Positions 37,469 through 46,817 of a stretch of DNA of 64,000 bases are shown here, one piece after another. A program made the position numbers and the translations under genes. The notes under the pieces are model-generated. The model worked only from the letters and a program-made list of their open reading frames with translations, ran no database searches and had not been told where the DNA came from. The DNA is from Cyanobacteria bacterium J06639_14. GTDB lineage: Bacteria; Cyanobacteriota; Cyanobacteriia; Phormidesmidales; Phormidesmidaceae. Where the stretch lies: NCBI GenBank assembly GCA_039818605.1, contig JBCBTQ010000002.1, positions 13,047 to 77,046 of the forward strand. Reading direction: 5' to 3'. The number at the start of each line of letters is the position of its first letter. Positions within the stretch are counted from its first letter, which is position 1.

Positions 37469-40278
37469 CGGGAACCTCCAGAATGAAGGGAGTTAAACGG
37501 GGCGATCGGGACTTCGGGATGGGGATTGCGTTCAGCAAACCAGCGCTCCGTGATGACTGACAGCGGCTCGCCGGATTGAATCGACTGCACCAGTAGCCGC
37601 GCAAATTCAGCGAGGCCGGTAAATTCATCGGGGGCATGGCGCAGCACCAGATCTCGGGTGGCTTGCTCATCCGGGTTATTCGCGACTGCCGCCAGCTGGG
37701 CAAAGGCGGGATAGTAGCGGCAGTAGGTGTAGATGCCGTTATTGTCCAAGAGCCACTGGCTGTAGATGCCTTCCCGTTTGGGAAAGAAGCTGTCGCTGGC
37801 GTTGCGACTGATGATGGCGGGCGGATACTTGAGAATGCGCTCAAAACTATCGACGGCTGTCGGTTGAACCCGACCAATCAGGCGCGTCGTCAGATTCTGA
37901 AAGATCTTGGCGCTGGCCGGTGATTTGTGGACGGTATCGGGATCTTGCGCCGAGATAATCACCCGAATCCCGGCTTTCGCACCGTTGGCGCAGAGCCTAC
38001 CAATCAGTGCGCCGATTTCGTCAAACTCAAACAGAATCGGGGCTTCATCGATGAAGAAGACCGAGGCGGGAGCTTCCAAAGCCCGCCGTAAAGCGGCGGC
38101 ATAGGCTGAAAGCGCCAGCACCGCTGCATCTTCCTCATTTGCCAAATTACGCAGCGCAAAGACCAGCAGTTGCGCATCCGTTGGGAAACTAGAGGGGGCT
38201 GAAATGGCTCGCCCGACGCGGCTGGAAAGCCAGAACCGGAGGCGTAGCTCAATCATGTTCAAGGCCGCTTCGATGTTGCCGCCGACCTGCTGCAAATCAA
38301 GCTGCTCCGGCGTGCAGAACGCGAGGAAATCAGCCAGCGTGGGGATTCGCTCCCAAGCGTCAGAACCTAAGCGGCCTGACATGGCTGCCAGATAGCGCTG
38401 CTGAATCTGACTATCGCCAAAGAAAGCATTGAGCGCCAGCACTAGGATGGAGCGAATGGTCTGGGTCATGACCGACTCGCTCGCCCCCGAGCCGACGATC
38501 ATTGTCAGCAGCGCCGATTCGAGGAACGATTGGAAGTCTTGCAGTCGCTCTTTCTGCTCGTCGCCCGGCAGGTGTCGCAAGTCAGGCAGCTCAAACAGGT
38601 TGTTGGACTCACGGGAGATGTCAAAGTAGGCTCCACCGACCAGCTGGGTGTAGTCCGTGAAGGTGGAAGAGCCATCAGGTTTCGGGAAGTCCAAGGCGAC
38701 GACGGGAAAGCGATGGGCCAAAGCCTGAGTGAGGATGCCGGAGACCAGCACCGATTTCCCGGCGCGGGTCGTGGCGAACAGCCCCAGGTTCTTGTGCTGG
38801 GTAAATAAATCCAGGTGAATGGGGCTGCCGCCTTCTTCCGCAATCAGCTCAAAGCCTTGGGTATCACAGGGCTGGGTGAGGACTAAGGGCATCAGCCCCG
38901 GTACTTCTCCCGTCAGATAGAGCTGCCTGCGGTTAAAGGGGCTGGCCATCAAGGCATCCCAAACAATCGGCAGCGTCTGGAGCCAGACCTTCCAGGCATA
39001 ATCTTGCTCTCGCTCCACCCAAGCGGGACGGCGAAAGCAGCTTTGCAGATACCGGCAGGCTTCATCCAACTGCTCCAGACTGGGGCGATGAATCAGGAAC
39101 ACCACAGCGTTGTGGATGGGCATGGCACCTTCGAAGAGTTCTTCCTGAGCTTCAATAGAGCGCTTCATCTTCAGCTCTGCGGCCACATCCACGGAATTCC
39201 CCTCTTCCGCCAGGGTGGCCGTCAGATTAGACTGCTTCAGCATTCGCTGGACGGTAGTCTTCACCAACGTTTCGTTGGCGCGGGTTAGCTGACAGAAGAT
39301 CTCGGTATCCGCCACGGTTTCTCTGGACAGGACTTCCCAGAGGTAACGCAGTTGAGCAAACTCACTGACCCAACCGCCTGGTTTTTCTAAAAAGGTGAGG
39401 GGAGCCACATACTGACCGTTGACCTTGGCCCAGGATTTGCCCGCCGTGGGAACCCCGGCTCGGGTGAGCAGGGTCGTGCTGTGGATTTCAGAGTTGACTT
39501 GTTCGTGTAACCCGTGGCCATCCAAAACAATCAGTTGGGGAATCGGAATCGGCTCGCTCTGATTAAACCTCTGCCACAGCAATGTCCATAAATTTGCTTC
39601 ACCCAAGGGTTTTACCGATAGTCCCATCTTGTTGGAAAGCACCTGCTCCCACAGCAGAAAGCCATCGGTAAAGGCTTTGGTGATGACCGTTTGCAGACGT
39701 TGGTTCTTAGCCTGTTGCAGTTCTCCCGTAAACGACTTCCACAGCGTTTCCCCCCGACCGATCAGCTTTTCAATCAGGTCTTGGGCTCCCTCAGAGCCAC
39801 TTTGTACGGTGTAGGTGACATAGAGCCTGAGAAACTTGGGTTTCCGCAAACCTTGCTGAGTGAGCTGCTGAATGCGGGCGCGATCGCTGGTGAGCAAAAA
39901 CTTCAGGGCATGGCTGGGGGCCAGATCTGTCAATTGAGCCAGGTCGTGCTGGCGATCTCGATCAGATGAAAACGAGCCCAGATGAAGCGTCAACCGTTCA
40001 CCGGCTGGGAGATCCTTCAACCCCGATTCCAGTTGACTAAAAATGGTCTCAACTTGTTCGTCGGTCAGCGTGTTGTGAATGCCTTTGCAGTCAAAGCCAA
40101 AGACGAAGCACAAATGCTCTCGGTTCTGCCCCTTCGTGAGCACATAAGCTCCGATCCGTCGCCCCCGCAATTCGACCCGCAGCATAGCGGCAAAGTTGAG
40201 GGCATCTTCAAAAGGGGTCAGGGTGCCGACGAATTGGCCGCCGAGCTTGAGGCGGTGTTTGCCGATTTTCTGTTTCAT
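37465..40278 (-). CDS. VirB4/TrbE-family T4SS ATPase
   Basis: 937 aa with Walker A ATTRAGKS and Walker B VFFIDEAPILF. Confidence 0.9.
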   Translation of the reverse strand: MKQKIGKHRLKLGGQFVGTLTPFEDALNFAAMLRVELRGRRIGAYVLTKGQNREHLCFVFGFDCKGIHNTLTDEQVETIFSQLESGLKDLPAGERLTLHLGSFSSDRDRQHDLAQLTDLAPSHALKFLLTSDRARIQQLTQQGLRKPKFLRLYVTYTVQSGSEGAQDLIEKLIGRGETLWKSFTGELQQAKNQRLQTVITKAFTDGFLLWEQVLSNKMGLSVKPLGEANLWTLLWQRFNQSEPIPIPQLIVLDGHGLHEQVNSEIHSTTLLTRAGVPTAGKSWAKVNGQYVAPLTFLEKPGGWVSEFAQLRYLWEVLSRETVADTEIFCQLTRANETLVKTTVQRMLKQSNLTATLAEEGNSVDVAAELKMKRSIEAQEELFEGAMPIHNAVVFLIHRPSLEQLDEACRYLQSCFRRPAWVEREQDYAWKVWLQTLPIVWDALMASPFNRRQLYLTGEVPGLMPLVLTQPCDTQGFELIAEEGGSPIHLDLFTQHKNLGLFATTRAGKSVLVSGILTQALAHRFPVVALDFPKPDGSSTFTDYTQLVGGAYFDISRESNNLFELPDLRHLPGDEQKERLQDFQSFLESALLTMIVGSGASESVMTQTIRSILVLALNAFFGDSQIQQRYLAAMSGRLGSDAWERIPTLADFLAFCTPEQLDLQQVGGNIEAALNMIELRLRFWLSSRVGRAISAPSSFPTDAQLLVFALRNLANEEDAAVLALSAYAAALRRALEAPASVFFIDEAPILFEFDEIGALIGRLCANGAKAGIRVIISAQDPDTVHKSPASAKIFQNLTTRLIGRVQPTAVDSFERILKYPPAIISRNASDSFFPKREGIYSQWLLDNNGIYTYCRYYPAFAQLAAVANNPDEQATRDLVLRHAPDEFTGLAEFARLLVQSIQSGEPLSVITERWFAERNPHPEVPIAPFNSLHSGGSR

Positions 40279-40561
40279 GGTAGATAAATCTCAGATATCG
40301 GGCATAGCCGCGACTCCAGGTGGGAGTCGGCACGAATTTGGCCGTGAACTTCCAGCTTTGTCCCCCGGTGAGAATCCACCAGGTAGACATGCCCCAAGCG
40401 GCGATGAAGCCAATCGAAATCCAGCTCAGGTTGAACCCGCGACCTACCAGGTATGACACGCCGGTAATGCAGAACCACGGGATGATCTGGTCAGCAGGAA
40501 TGGGGCCTAAACGGGGTTGGGCTCCCAGAATGGCGTTAACCGGACGAAATTGAGAAGGCAT
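40208..40561 (-). CDS. VirB3-like small membrane protein (tentative)
   Basis: 117 aa with two hydrophobic helices, immediately upstream of and overlapping the virB4-like gene. Confidence 0.4.
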   Translation of the reverse strand: MPSQFRPVNAILGAQPRLGPIPADQIIPWFCITGVSYLVGRGFNLSWISIGFIAAWGMSTWWILTGGQSWKFTAKFVPTPTWSRGYARYLRFIYHETENRQTPPQARRPIRRHPDPF

Positions 40562-40631
40562 AAATCGCTCAAGGGGGCTGAAAGAACAGGTGGTAGTTGC
40601 ACCCTCGATCTGATTAATGAAACAACCGGAA

Positions 40632-41213
40632 TTAGCCGGTGATGAGCGTCGTCAAGATGTCACCAGCGGTGACGGCGATGATGATAATGAGCGGTGTGCG
40701 GGCGATCGTTTGCCAATCCTCATCTTGGCGAGCGCCATTGATAACGCGCACCAAAGAGATGCCCACATAGAGCAGGAAAAGACCTCGCAGAACGTTGAAG
40801 ACTAGCGGAATCGCCTCTCCCGTTGCAGCGCCAAAATTGGTCTGCATCCAGGTTTCAGCCCCGCCAAAGAATTGTGCTTGGGCAGGAAAGGCGAGTACAG
40901 TCAACAGCGACAGCAAACTCACCCCTATGGCTATAACCGTTTGGCTGCCAACTATCCGGCACCTGGCAGCTTTGGCAGGGACACCATCTCTACCCGTAAC
41001 TTCTTGCTGCCAGATCAGACCCAAGCAGCTACCGGTAATTACGAGTAAGAGCACGGCTGGGCCATGAAGTACAAAATTTGTACCCATGCAGCCCACCATG
41101 ATCGCAGCCAGTAGCGAGCATGGCAGTTGACCAAAAGAATGAGTGATTTGGGCTACAAAATCGAACCGATAAACCAGATTTCCTGCGCGTACTTTTGAGT
41201 GCTGACTGATCAT
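40632..41213 (-). CDS. VirB2/TrbC-type pilin candidate with long leader
   Basis: An AxA site ...AFPAQA|QFFGG is followed by a ~95-aa segment with two hydrophobic helices. It is the first gene of the T4SS operon. Confidence 0.45.
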   Translation of the reverse strand: MISQHSKVRAGNLVYRFDFVAQITHSFGQLPCSLLAAIMVGCMGTNFVLHGPAVLLLVITGSCLGLIWQQEVTGRDGVPAKAARCRIVGSQTVIAIGVSLLSLLTVLAFPAQAQFFGGAETWMQTNFGAATGEAIPLVFNVLRGLFLLYVGISLVRVINGARQDEDWQTIARTPLIIIIAVTAGDILTTLITG

Positions 41214-41716
41214 TTCAGTCTCCTTAAATCAGTTCAGACTGTCTTGACTCGCGTGTTCAAAAATTAGCTCTAGGCGTGACTCAACTTCTAGAAAGATTTG
41301 ATCACTATAACAACGAATTCCGGGAATCGAAATAATCGCCCTCTCTTTTTGAGGACATCCGTCGATACCTAAAAGGCTAGCTAAAATCCTCAAATTCGTG
41401 ACTAAACCTGTAACGATGCGTGATTTCAATCAAGTGCTTGAGCATCTCAGAAAGAATACCGAGAGTTCTTATTACGCTAATACATCACTGGAAAAATGAA
41501 TAGAATAAATTGATACTTTCAATCACCTAAAGCGCAAATAAGTAGCACTAAAATTTCTGGACATTTTCCGTGATATCGATCACACAAATAATTCAGAGAA
41601 TATCCGACGTGGAGTCTTGGATAAGTTCTTCTTTAGTCTCAAATACTCAACTTAAATACGTCCTCAAAGGCCCATAGTAATGAGTCATCACAACGGCACA
41701 TATAGACTCTATCATA

Positions 41717-41741
41717 TATTGACGTCAAGACGTATTGACGT
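41717..41741 (+). promoter_or_regulatory. Repeated TATTGACGT motif / TTGACGTCAA palindrome upstream of parA
   Basis: tattgacgt occurs at 41717-41725 and 41733-41741. The perfect 10-bp palindrome ttgacgtcaa is at 41719-41728. The site lies ~100 nt upstream of the parA ATG. Confidence 0.4.
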
Positions 41742-41841
41742 TGTTGCGTTAAATAGCTTTAATGGCGACAGATTCCCTTGTTTGGTGAAGACGCCCAGCC
41801 TTTCAGAAAGTTCTGGGTTTAGTTATCGGGAGCGATCGCCC

Positions 41842-42606
41842 ATGAAGACTTTGAGCTGCTTGTCGCTCTCGGGAGGACAAGGGAAAACGTCGATCTCGCT
41901 ATTGCTAGGCCGACTATTGGCGCAGCAGGGACGGCGGGTATTGATGGTGGATGCCGATCCGCAGGCAAATCTGACGTTTTATTTAGGCCATGACGTGCAG
42001 CCGGATGCCCCGACGTTGCTGGAAGTGTTGAAGCGACAGGTAGAGACGGCAGCGGGCATTTATCCCCTGGCTTACGAGAATTTGTATCTGCTGCCTGCCG
42101 ATGAGGGCCTACATCAGGCCCAAGAGTATCTGGCCACCAGCGGCATGGGAGCGTTGGCGCTGCGCTACAGCTTAGAGGCCGTGAGTGAGCTGTTTGATGT
42201 TTGCCTGATCGATTCACCGCCCCAGCGCACTCAGATTTGTCTATCGGTGGTGGGAGCATCGGACTGGGTGTTGATTCCGGCGGAGGCCTCGACGAAGGGT
42301 GTCAATTCGCTGCTGCGCAGTCTGGAGCTGTTGGAGGAGATGCGACGCATCCGCGCGTTTACGGGACAGGTGCTGGGGGTGCTACCGTTTCGCGATAAGT
42401 GGTTTGGCCGATCTCAAGCAACGGATAGCCGCGAGGCCATAGCTGCCATGTGGCAGGTGGCAGGAGAGATTCGGGTGCTGCCGTCGATTTTGGAGAGTGA
42501 GCGCTACAAGCAAGCGATTCGGCAGGGGCGGTTATTGGCAGAGTTGGGGTATGGGGAGCTGGAATTGCCGCTGCGGCAGGTGATTGAGATCTTGGAGCAG
42601 GTGTAG
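41842..42606 (+). CDS. parA: ParA/Soj-family partition ATPase
   Basis: Deviant Walker A SLSGGQGKTS, and VLMVDADPQANLT. Start at the ATG at 41842 (MKTLSCL) inside track ORF 41680..42606. Confidence 0.9.
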   Translation: MKTLSCLSLSGGQGKTSISLLLGRLLAQQGRRVLMVDADPQANLTFYLGHDVQPDAPTLLEVLKRQVETAAGIYPLAYENLYLLPADEGLHQAQEYLATSGMGALALRYSLEAVSELFDVCLIDSPPQRTQICLSVVGASDWVLIPAEASTKGVNSLLRSLELLEEMRRIRAFTGQVLGVLPFRDKWFGRSQATDSREAIAAMWQVAGEIRVLPSILESERYKQAIRQGRLLAELGYGELELPLRQVIEILEQV

Positions 42607-42609
42607 GCC

Positions 42610-43053
42610 ATGAATGAAGATGCGCTACAGAGACTGATGCAACAGCAGCGCCCGACCGTACCGCCACGATCTGACGGACTGGAGGAGACGTCCCGTGTGA
42701 AGTCTCGTCAACCGGATGCAGATGCAGCTGTGACATCAAGATACAGTGACTCTGATGAGTCGGCGGGTGTTGACGTCAGCATGTCTATGAGTCAGGGTGA
42801 AGGGTTGGATCTGCCCCAGTTGGTGCGTACGACGACGCGCTTAGAAGCGGATATTGATAAAGCGCTACGGCATCTCTGCATGGATGAGAAGATCACTAAG
42901 GAGGTATGGTTTGAGGCGGCGTATCAGTATCTCGCGGAACATCCCAAGGCGATGAAGGTGGTGAATGGTATTGCGAAGGAGCGATATCAACGGCGGAAGC
43001 GGGCGGCGGATTTAAGGAAGTTGGAGACGATGCAGAAGCGGTTGAAGGGATAA
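42610..43053 (+). CDS. Putative centromere-binding partner (ribbon-helix-helix-like C-terminus)
   Basis: 147 aa, starting 4 nt after parA. The C-terminal TTRLEADIDKALRHLCMDEKITKEVWFEAAYQYL resembles a ParG/CopG RHH. Confidence 0.45.
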   Translation: MNEDALQRLMQQQRPTVPPRSDGLEETSRVKSRQPDADAAVTSRYSDSDESAGVDVSMSMSQGEGLDLPQLVRTTTRLEADIDKALRHLCMDEKITKEVWFEAAYQYLAEHPKAMKVVNGIAKERYQRRKRAADLRKLETMQKRLKG

Positions 43054-43432
43054 AAAGTGCGAAACCTGCATACTGAAAGGATTTAGCGCACACTACAATT
43101 GCATTTTCCAATGACAGGGGTTGGGCTCGTGCCCGAGCAGGAAGAGGTGTTTAGTCTGTTGAGGCGCAATAAGTAATCAGGTTAAACCTTACAAGGATAA
43201 GGAAAAGGCCCGAAGCCCTTGCTCGTCCTGTATTTGCTTTACCCCTCAAAATAATAGTTACGATGTACTGGTCTTAGTAGTTATAATGTACTGGACTCTA
43301 GAGCTCGACTTCGAATAGATACATGAGCGTAGATCAAGGCGTTATTTCTAGTGCTCATGCTTGAATAGCTGCAAAACCTCTGGGGATTGTAAAGATAGCT
43401 CTCTCTGAAACGATAGGAATTTTCAGTAGCAC

Positions 43433-44536
43433 ATGCCAACTGTCACTTTTTACCCAACCGGAAATGCCGACACCTGTCTTATCGGACTCGATAATGGGCG
43501 GAAAATTGTTTTTGACTATGCCAACACTTACGACCCAAGCCAGGAGAGCAAATATATTGATCTTGAGAAAGAAATTCGTCAAGCAAGCGGAAGACAGCAA
43601 AAAGTTGATGTCCTTGCCATTTCACATTTAGATAAAGATCACTATAAAGGTGCATCAACGCTTTTTGAGTTAGAGCACGCCAAGTGTTACCAGGGTGACG
43701 ATCGAATCAAAATTGACACGCTATGGGTTCCAGCCGCAGCAATCCTGGAGGAAGGTATCACTGAGGAAGGACGGATTCTTCGTTCAGAAGCCCGTTACCG
43801 CCTAAAACAAGGGAAAGGCATCCGTGTGTTTTCACGCCCTGATGCGCTCGAAGACTGGCTAATAGATAACGGCACAAGTCTTTCAGCGCGACGACAACTC
43901 ATCACAGATGCTGGTGAGATAGCACCTGAATTTACTCTTGTAAGAGATGGTATAGAATTTTTCGTTCACTCTCCCTTCGCTGAGAGAGCTGAAGACGGAG
44001 GATTGATCGTGCGCAACGACAGTGCCCTTTTCATGCAGGCAACATTCGACGTTCTAGGACGCAAAACCCGACTAATCCTCTCAGCCGACTGTCCATGGGA
44101 AATACTGGAAGGGATTATTCATGTTACTAAGGCTCACAATAATGAGGAGCGCTTGCAATGGGATATCAATAATATTCCACATCACTGTTCTTATCTCTCT
44201 CTGGCAGAAGACAAGGGGGAGAGAAAAACTATTCCCTCTGAAGATATTCAGTGGCTCTATGAAGAGCAAGGTGAGCGACATGGACTACTCATTTCAACTA
44301 GCGACCTAATTCCAGCAGAAGATACAAAACAGCCTCCACATAGACAGGCTGCGGCTTACTACGAGGATGCAGCAACAAAAATCGGTGGTGAATTTCTAGT
44401 CACTATGAAGGAACCATCTCCTCATGCGCCGAAGCCAATGATCATTGAGATTACAGGCCGTGGCCATAAATATAAAAAATCATTCGTGGCTCCTGCTATT
44501 GCAACCTCAACACAGAAACCTCCGAGAGCTGGATGA
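43433..44536 (+). CDS. Metallo-beta-lactamase-fold hydrolase, ComEC-like motif pattern
   Basis: Ordered motifs as in ComEC/Rec2 MBL domains: TGNADTCLI; VDVLAISHLDKDH; FFVHSPF; RNDSALF; LILSADCP; NIPHHCSYLS. The C-terminus ends ...STQKPPRAG. Confidence 0.75.
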   Translation: MPTVTFYPTGNADTCLIGLDNGRKIVFDYANTYDPSQESKYIDLEKEIRQASGRQQKVDVLAISHLDKDHYKGASTLFELEHAKCYQGDDRIKIDTLWVPAAAILEEGITEEGRILRSEARYRLKQGKGIRVFSRPDALEDWLIDNGTSLSARRQLITDAGEIAPEFTLVRDGIEFFVHSPFAERAEDGGLIVRNDSALFMQATFDVLGRKTRLILSADCPWEILEGIIHVTKAHNNEERLQWDINNIPHHCSYLSLAEDKGERKTIPSEDIQWLYEEQGERHGLLISTSDLIPAEDTKQPPHRQAAAYYEDAATKIGGEFLVTMKEPSPHAPKPMIIEITGRGHKYKKSFVAPAIATSTQKPPRAG

Positions 44537-46803
44537 ACACACAAAAGCCTACTGGTGAAATAGTTTCTCCAGAAGAATTGCGTGCCCCATACGCAAAGTC
44601 AGCCGTCAACTATATAAGCCACAACTTTACACCTTACATAAGGCTCATCGAATGTCGTGCGACTGATCATCTAGATGTCCTTGTAGTGGAGATAGATGTC
44701 GAGTTGTATCAGGATCGTCTTATTGACATCCAGCCAACAGAAATCATCGAAATATTATTTGGTGTTGATGCAGATACACTGCCAATATTTCGACCTCTGA
44801 GGACAGACTTTCCGATTGATACCCTACATGTCATGGTTGGGATAGCTGATCGTAGACCGTCCCTTTGTCTATGGGACATACCTTTTGAAGAGCTAAGATC
44901 ACGCTTTACTCCTTATCTGATGTTTGCCCGTTTGAAAGAGTGGCTTGAACAGTCAGTCGACGGAACATTACATGCTGCTGATCAACCGCTAGAACCAGTG
45001 CTCATCAGCAGTGGTGTTCAAATCATTATTCCATTTGATGCTGCCAGATCTCAGGATAGATACGTTGCTATTGGTAGTGCTGAGTTAGATGGAGAAATTG
45101 CTCTTCACTTTGTCAGACAAAGTCAAATATCTGAGGAAGCTTCATTACAACATGTACTTGTGGCTTTTAGGACACCAGAACTTACCCACCGAGCTGTTCA
45201 CTATGCACCGACTAATTTAGAAGAACTCAGATTATTCCTAGAGGACATTGATTTTGACATTCGATCAGCACTAAAAAGCTGGATAAGTCAAGTGCAACAG
45301 GAGAGCGGTTTGCTTGACTCTATTCCAGTCATCTTGCTGGAATTGCCCAAAAAACGGACAGAAGATTCCCCAGTTGAATCAACTGAATATTGGGGGTTCA
45401 TGGTTGGAGAAAAGAAAGTTCGCGCATTGGGTGAAGCCTTAGGAGCCTTTATTGATGCTTCAGCGTATGGGATAGAGGCTCCTGCAATTCTACTTAACTC
45501 TAATGAAGAGTATCAAAGTTTAGAAGCTTTTGAAATACTTGCTGTAAATGTCAATCCTGAAATTAGAAAAGACTTTCTAGCGAGCTTATCTGGATATAAA
45601 TTTGGTGAGCGGTTATCACTAGTAGCGATTGGTGCGGGTGCAGTTGGTTCGAAAATTATAGAAATAGCAGCACGCTGTGGTTTTGGAGAGTGGACTGTTG
45701 TTGATAAAGATGTCTTTTTGCCACACAATGCAGTCCGTCATGTACTTGGCAACTGGTCTATTGCTGAGCACAAAGCAGAAAGCCTTAAAGAATTTATCAA
45801 TTGCCTAGTACCTGGTTGTCCAGTTACTAAATCTATTGTTTTAGATATCAAAAATCCTGGGAAACGACAGGAGGTACTTGATCATGCTCTCGACGCAGCC
45901 GATTTGATCCTAGATATGTCTGCATCCGTGGCAGTAGCGAGACAAATTTGTGAACACACTACAAACAAACGGCGAGCTTCTTTATTTTTGAATCCAAGTG
46001 GTCGAGACATCGTCTTTCTTCTAGAAAATGCTGATAGGTCAATCACTTTGTGGGACTTAGAAGGTGCATACTATAGGAGTGTGGCAAGCAACGCTTTTCT
46101 GCAAGGCCATTTAAATGATGAAACGGCTCCTACACGTTATGGAAATGGTTGTCGTGATGTGACGGCACGCATCAGTGCTGATCAAATTGCGACCCTATCC
46201 GGTATCGGGCTCCGGCAACTTATTCAGCATCAGCAATTCGACACCGGTGTTGCGGCAATTTGGCATTCTGACTTACATACAGGCGAGATCAAAAAAATAT
46301 CTGTGCCTGTTGCTCCGGGCATTACTAGCAAGATTGGACAGTGGCGCATTCGTTGGAATTTATCGTTAATACACCATCTAGCACGGGAAAGAAAAGAAAA
46401 TCTCCCCAATGAAACAGGGGGAATATTACTGGGTCTAGTGGATCTAGAGCACCAAATGATCGTGGTAGTCGATAGCCAGCCAGCCCCCGCAGATAGTGTA
46501 AAACGACCCCATTTCTTCGAGCGCGGTACAACTGGCTTGGCAGATACACTCGATATCATTGCAAAAAAGACAGTAGGTCAGCTCAGATATCTCGGTGAAT
46601 GGCATTCACATCCTGATGGTGTAATGGCATACCCTAGCCAGGATGATGAAGCAGTTTTCGGGCATCTAGAAGCATGTTTAGCTGGTAGCAGCGAGCCTTA
46701 TCTTATGACTATTGTCGGCCAAGACGAAATCTTCACACGTTTGGGATATGACGGTGACAATGATGAAACAAGTTTAGCTTTGCAGGAACTACACTTGTCA
46801 TAA
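44533..46803 (+). CDS. Fused E2-like / E1 (ThiF-MoeB) / JAB-JAMM protein (Cap2+Cap3-like single chain)
   Basis: E2-like LHVMVGIADRRPSLCLWDIP (Cys112). E1 Rossmann VAIGAGAVGSKIIE...VVDKD...HNAVRH (aa ~360-560). JAB motifs ETGGILLG and EWHSHPDGVMAYPSQDD (aa ~605-735). The start overlaps the MBL stop (ATGA). Confidence 0.8.
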   Translation: MNTQKPTGEIVSPEELRAPYAKSAVNYISHNFTPYIRLIECRATDHLDVLVVEIDVELYQDRLIDIQPTEIIEILFGVDADTLPIFRPLRTDFPIDTLHVMVGIADRRPSLCLWDIPFEELRSRFTPYLMFARLKEWLEQSVDGTLHAADQPLEPVLISSGVQIIIPFDAARSQDRYVAIGSAELDGEIALHFVRQSQISEEASLQHVLVAFRTPELTHRAVHYAPTNLEELRLFLEDIDFDIRSALKSWISQVQQESGLLDSIPVILLELPKKRTEDSPVESTEYWGFMVGEKKVRALGEALGAFIDASAYGIEAPAILLNSNEEYQSLEAFEILAVNVNPEIRKDFLASLSGYKFGERLSLVAIGAGAVGSKIIEIAARCGFGEWTVVDKDVFLPHNAVRHVLGNWSIAEHKAESLKEFINCLVPGCPVTKSIVLDIKNPGKRQEVLDHALDAADLILDMSASVAVARQICEHTTNKRRASLFLNPSGRDIVFLLENADRSITLWDLEGAYYRSVASNAFLQGHLNDETAPTRYGNGCRDVTARISADQIATLSGIGLRQLIQHQQFDTGVAAIWHSDLHTGEIKKISVPVAPGITSKIGQWRIRWNLSLIHHLARERKENLPNETGGILLGLVDLEHQMIVVVDSQPAPADSVKRPHFFERGTTGLADTLDIIAKKTVGQLRYLGEWHSHPDGVMAYPSQDDEAVFGHLEACLAGSSEPYLMTIVGQDEIFTRLGYDGDNDETSLALQELHLS

Positions 46804-46817
46804 GGAAAGTAACAGCT

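Noticed and set aside
41229-41429. 66-aa minus-strand ORF upstream of the pilin-like gene
   Set aside because: It lies in an AT-rich divergent promoter region, with no RBS or motif and atypical composition. There is insufficient support to call a gene.
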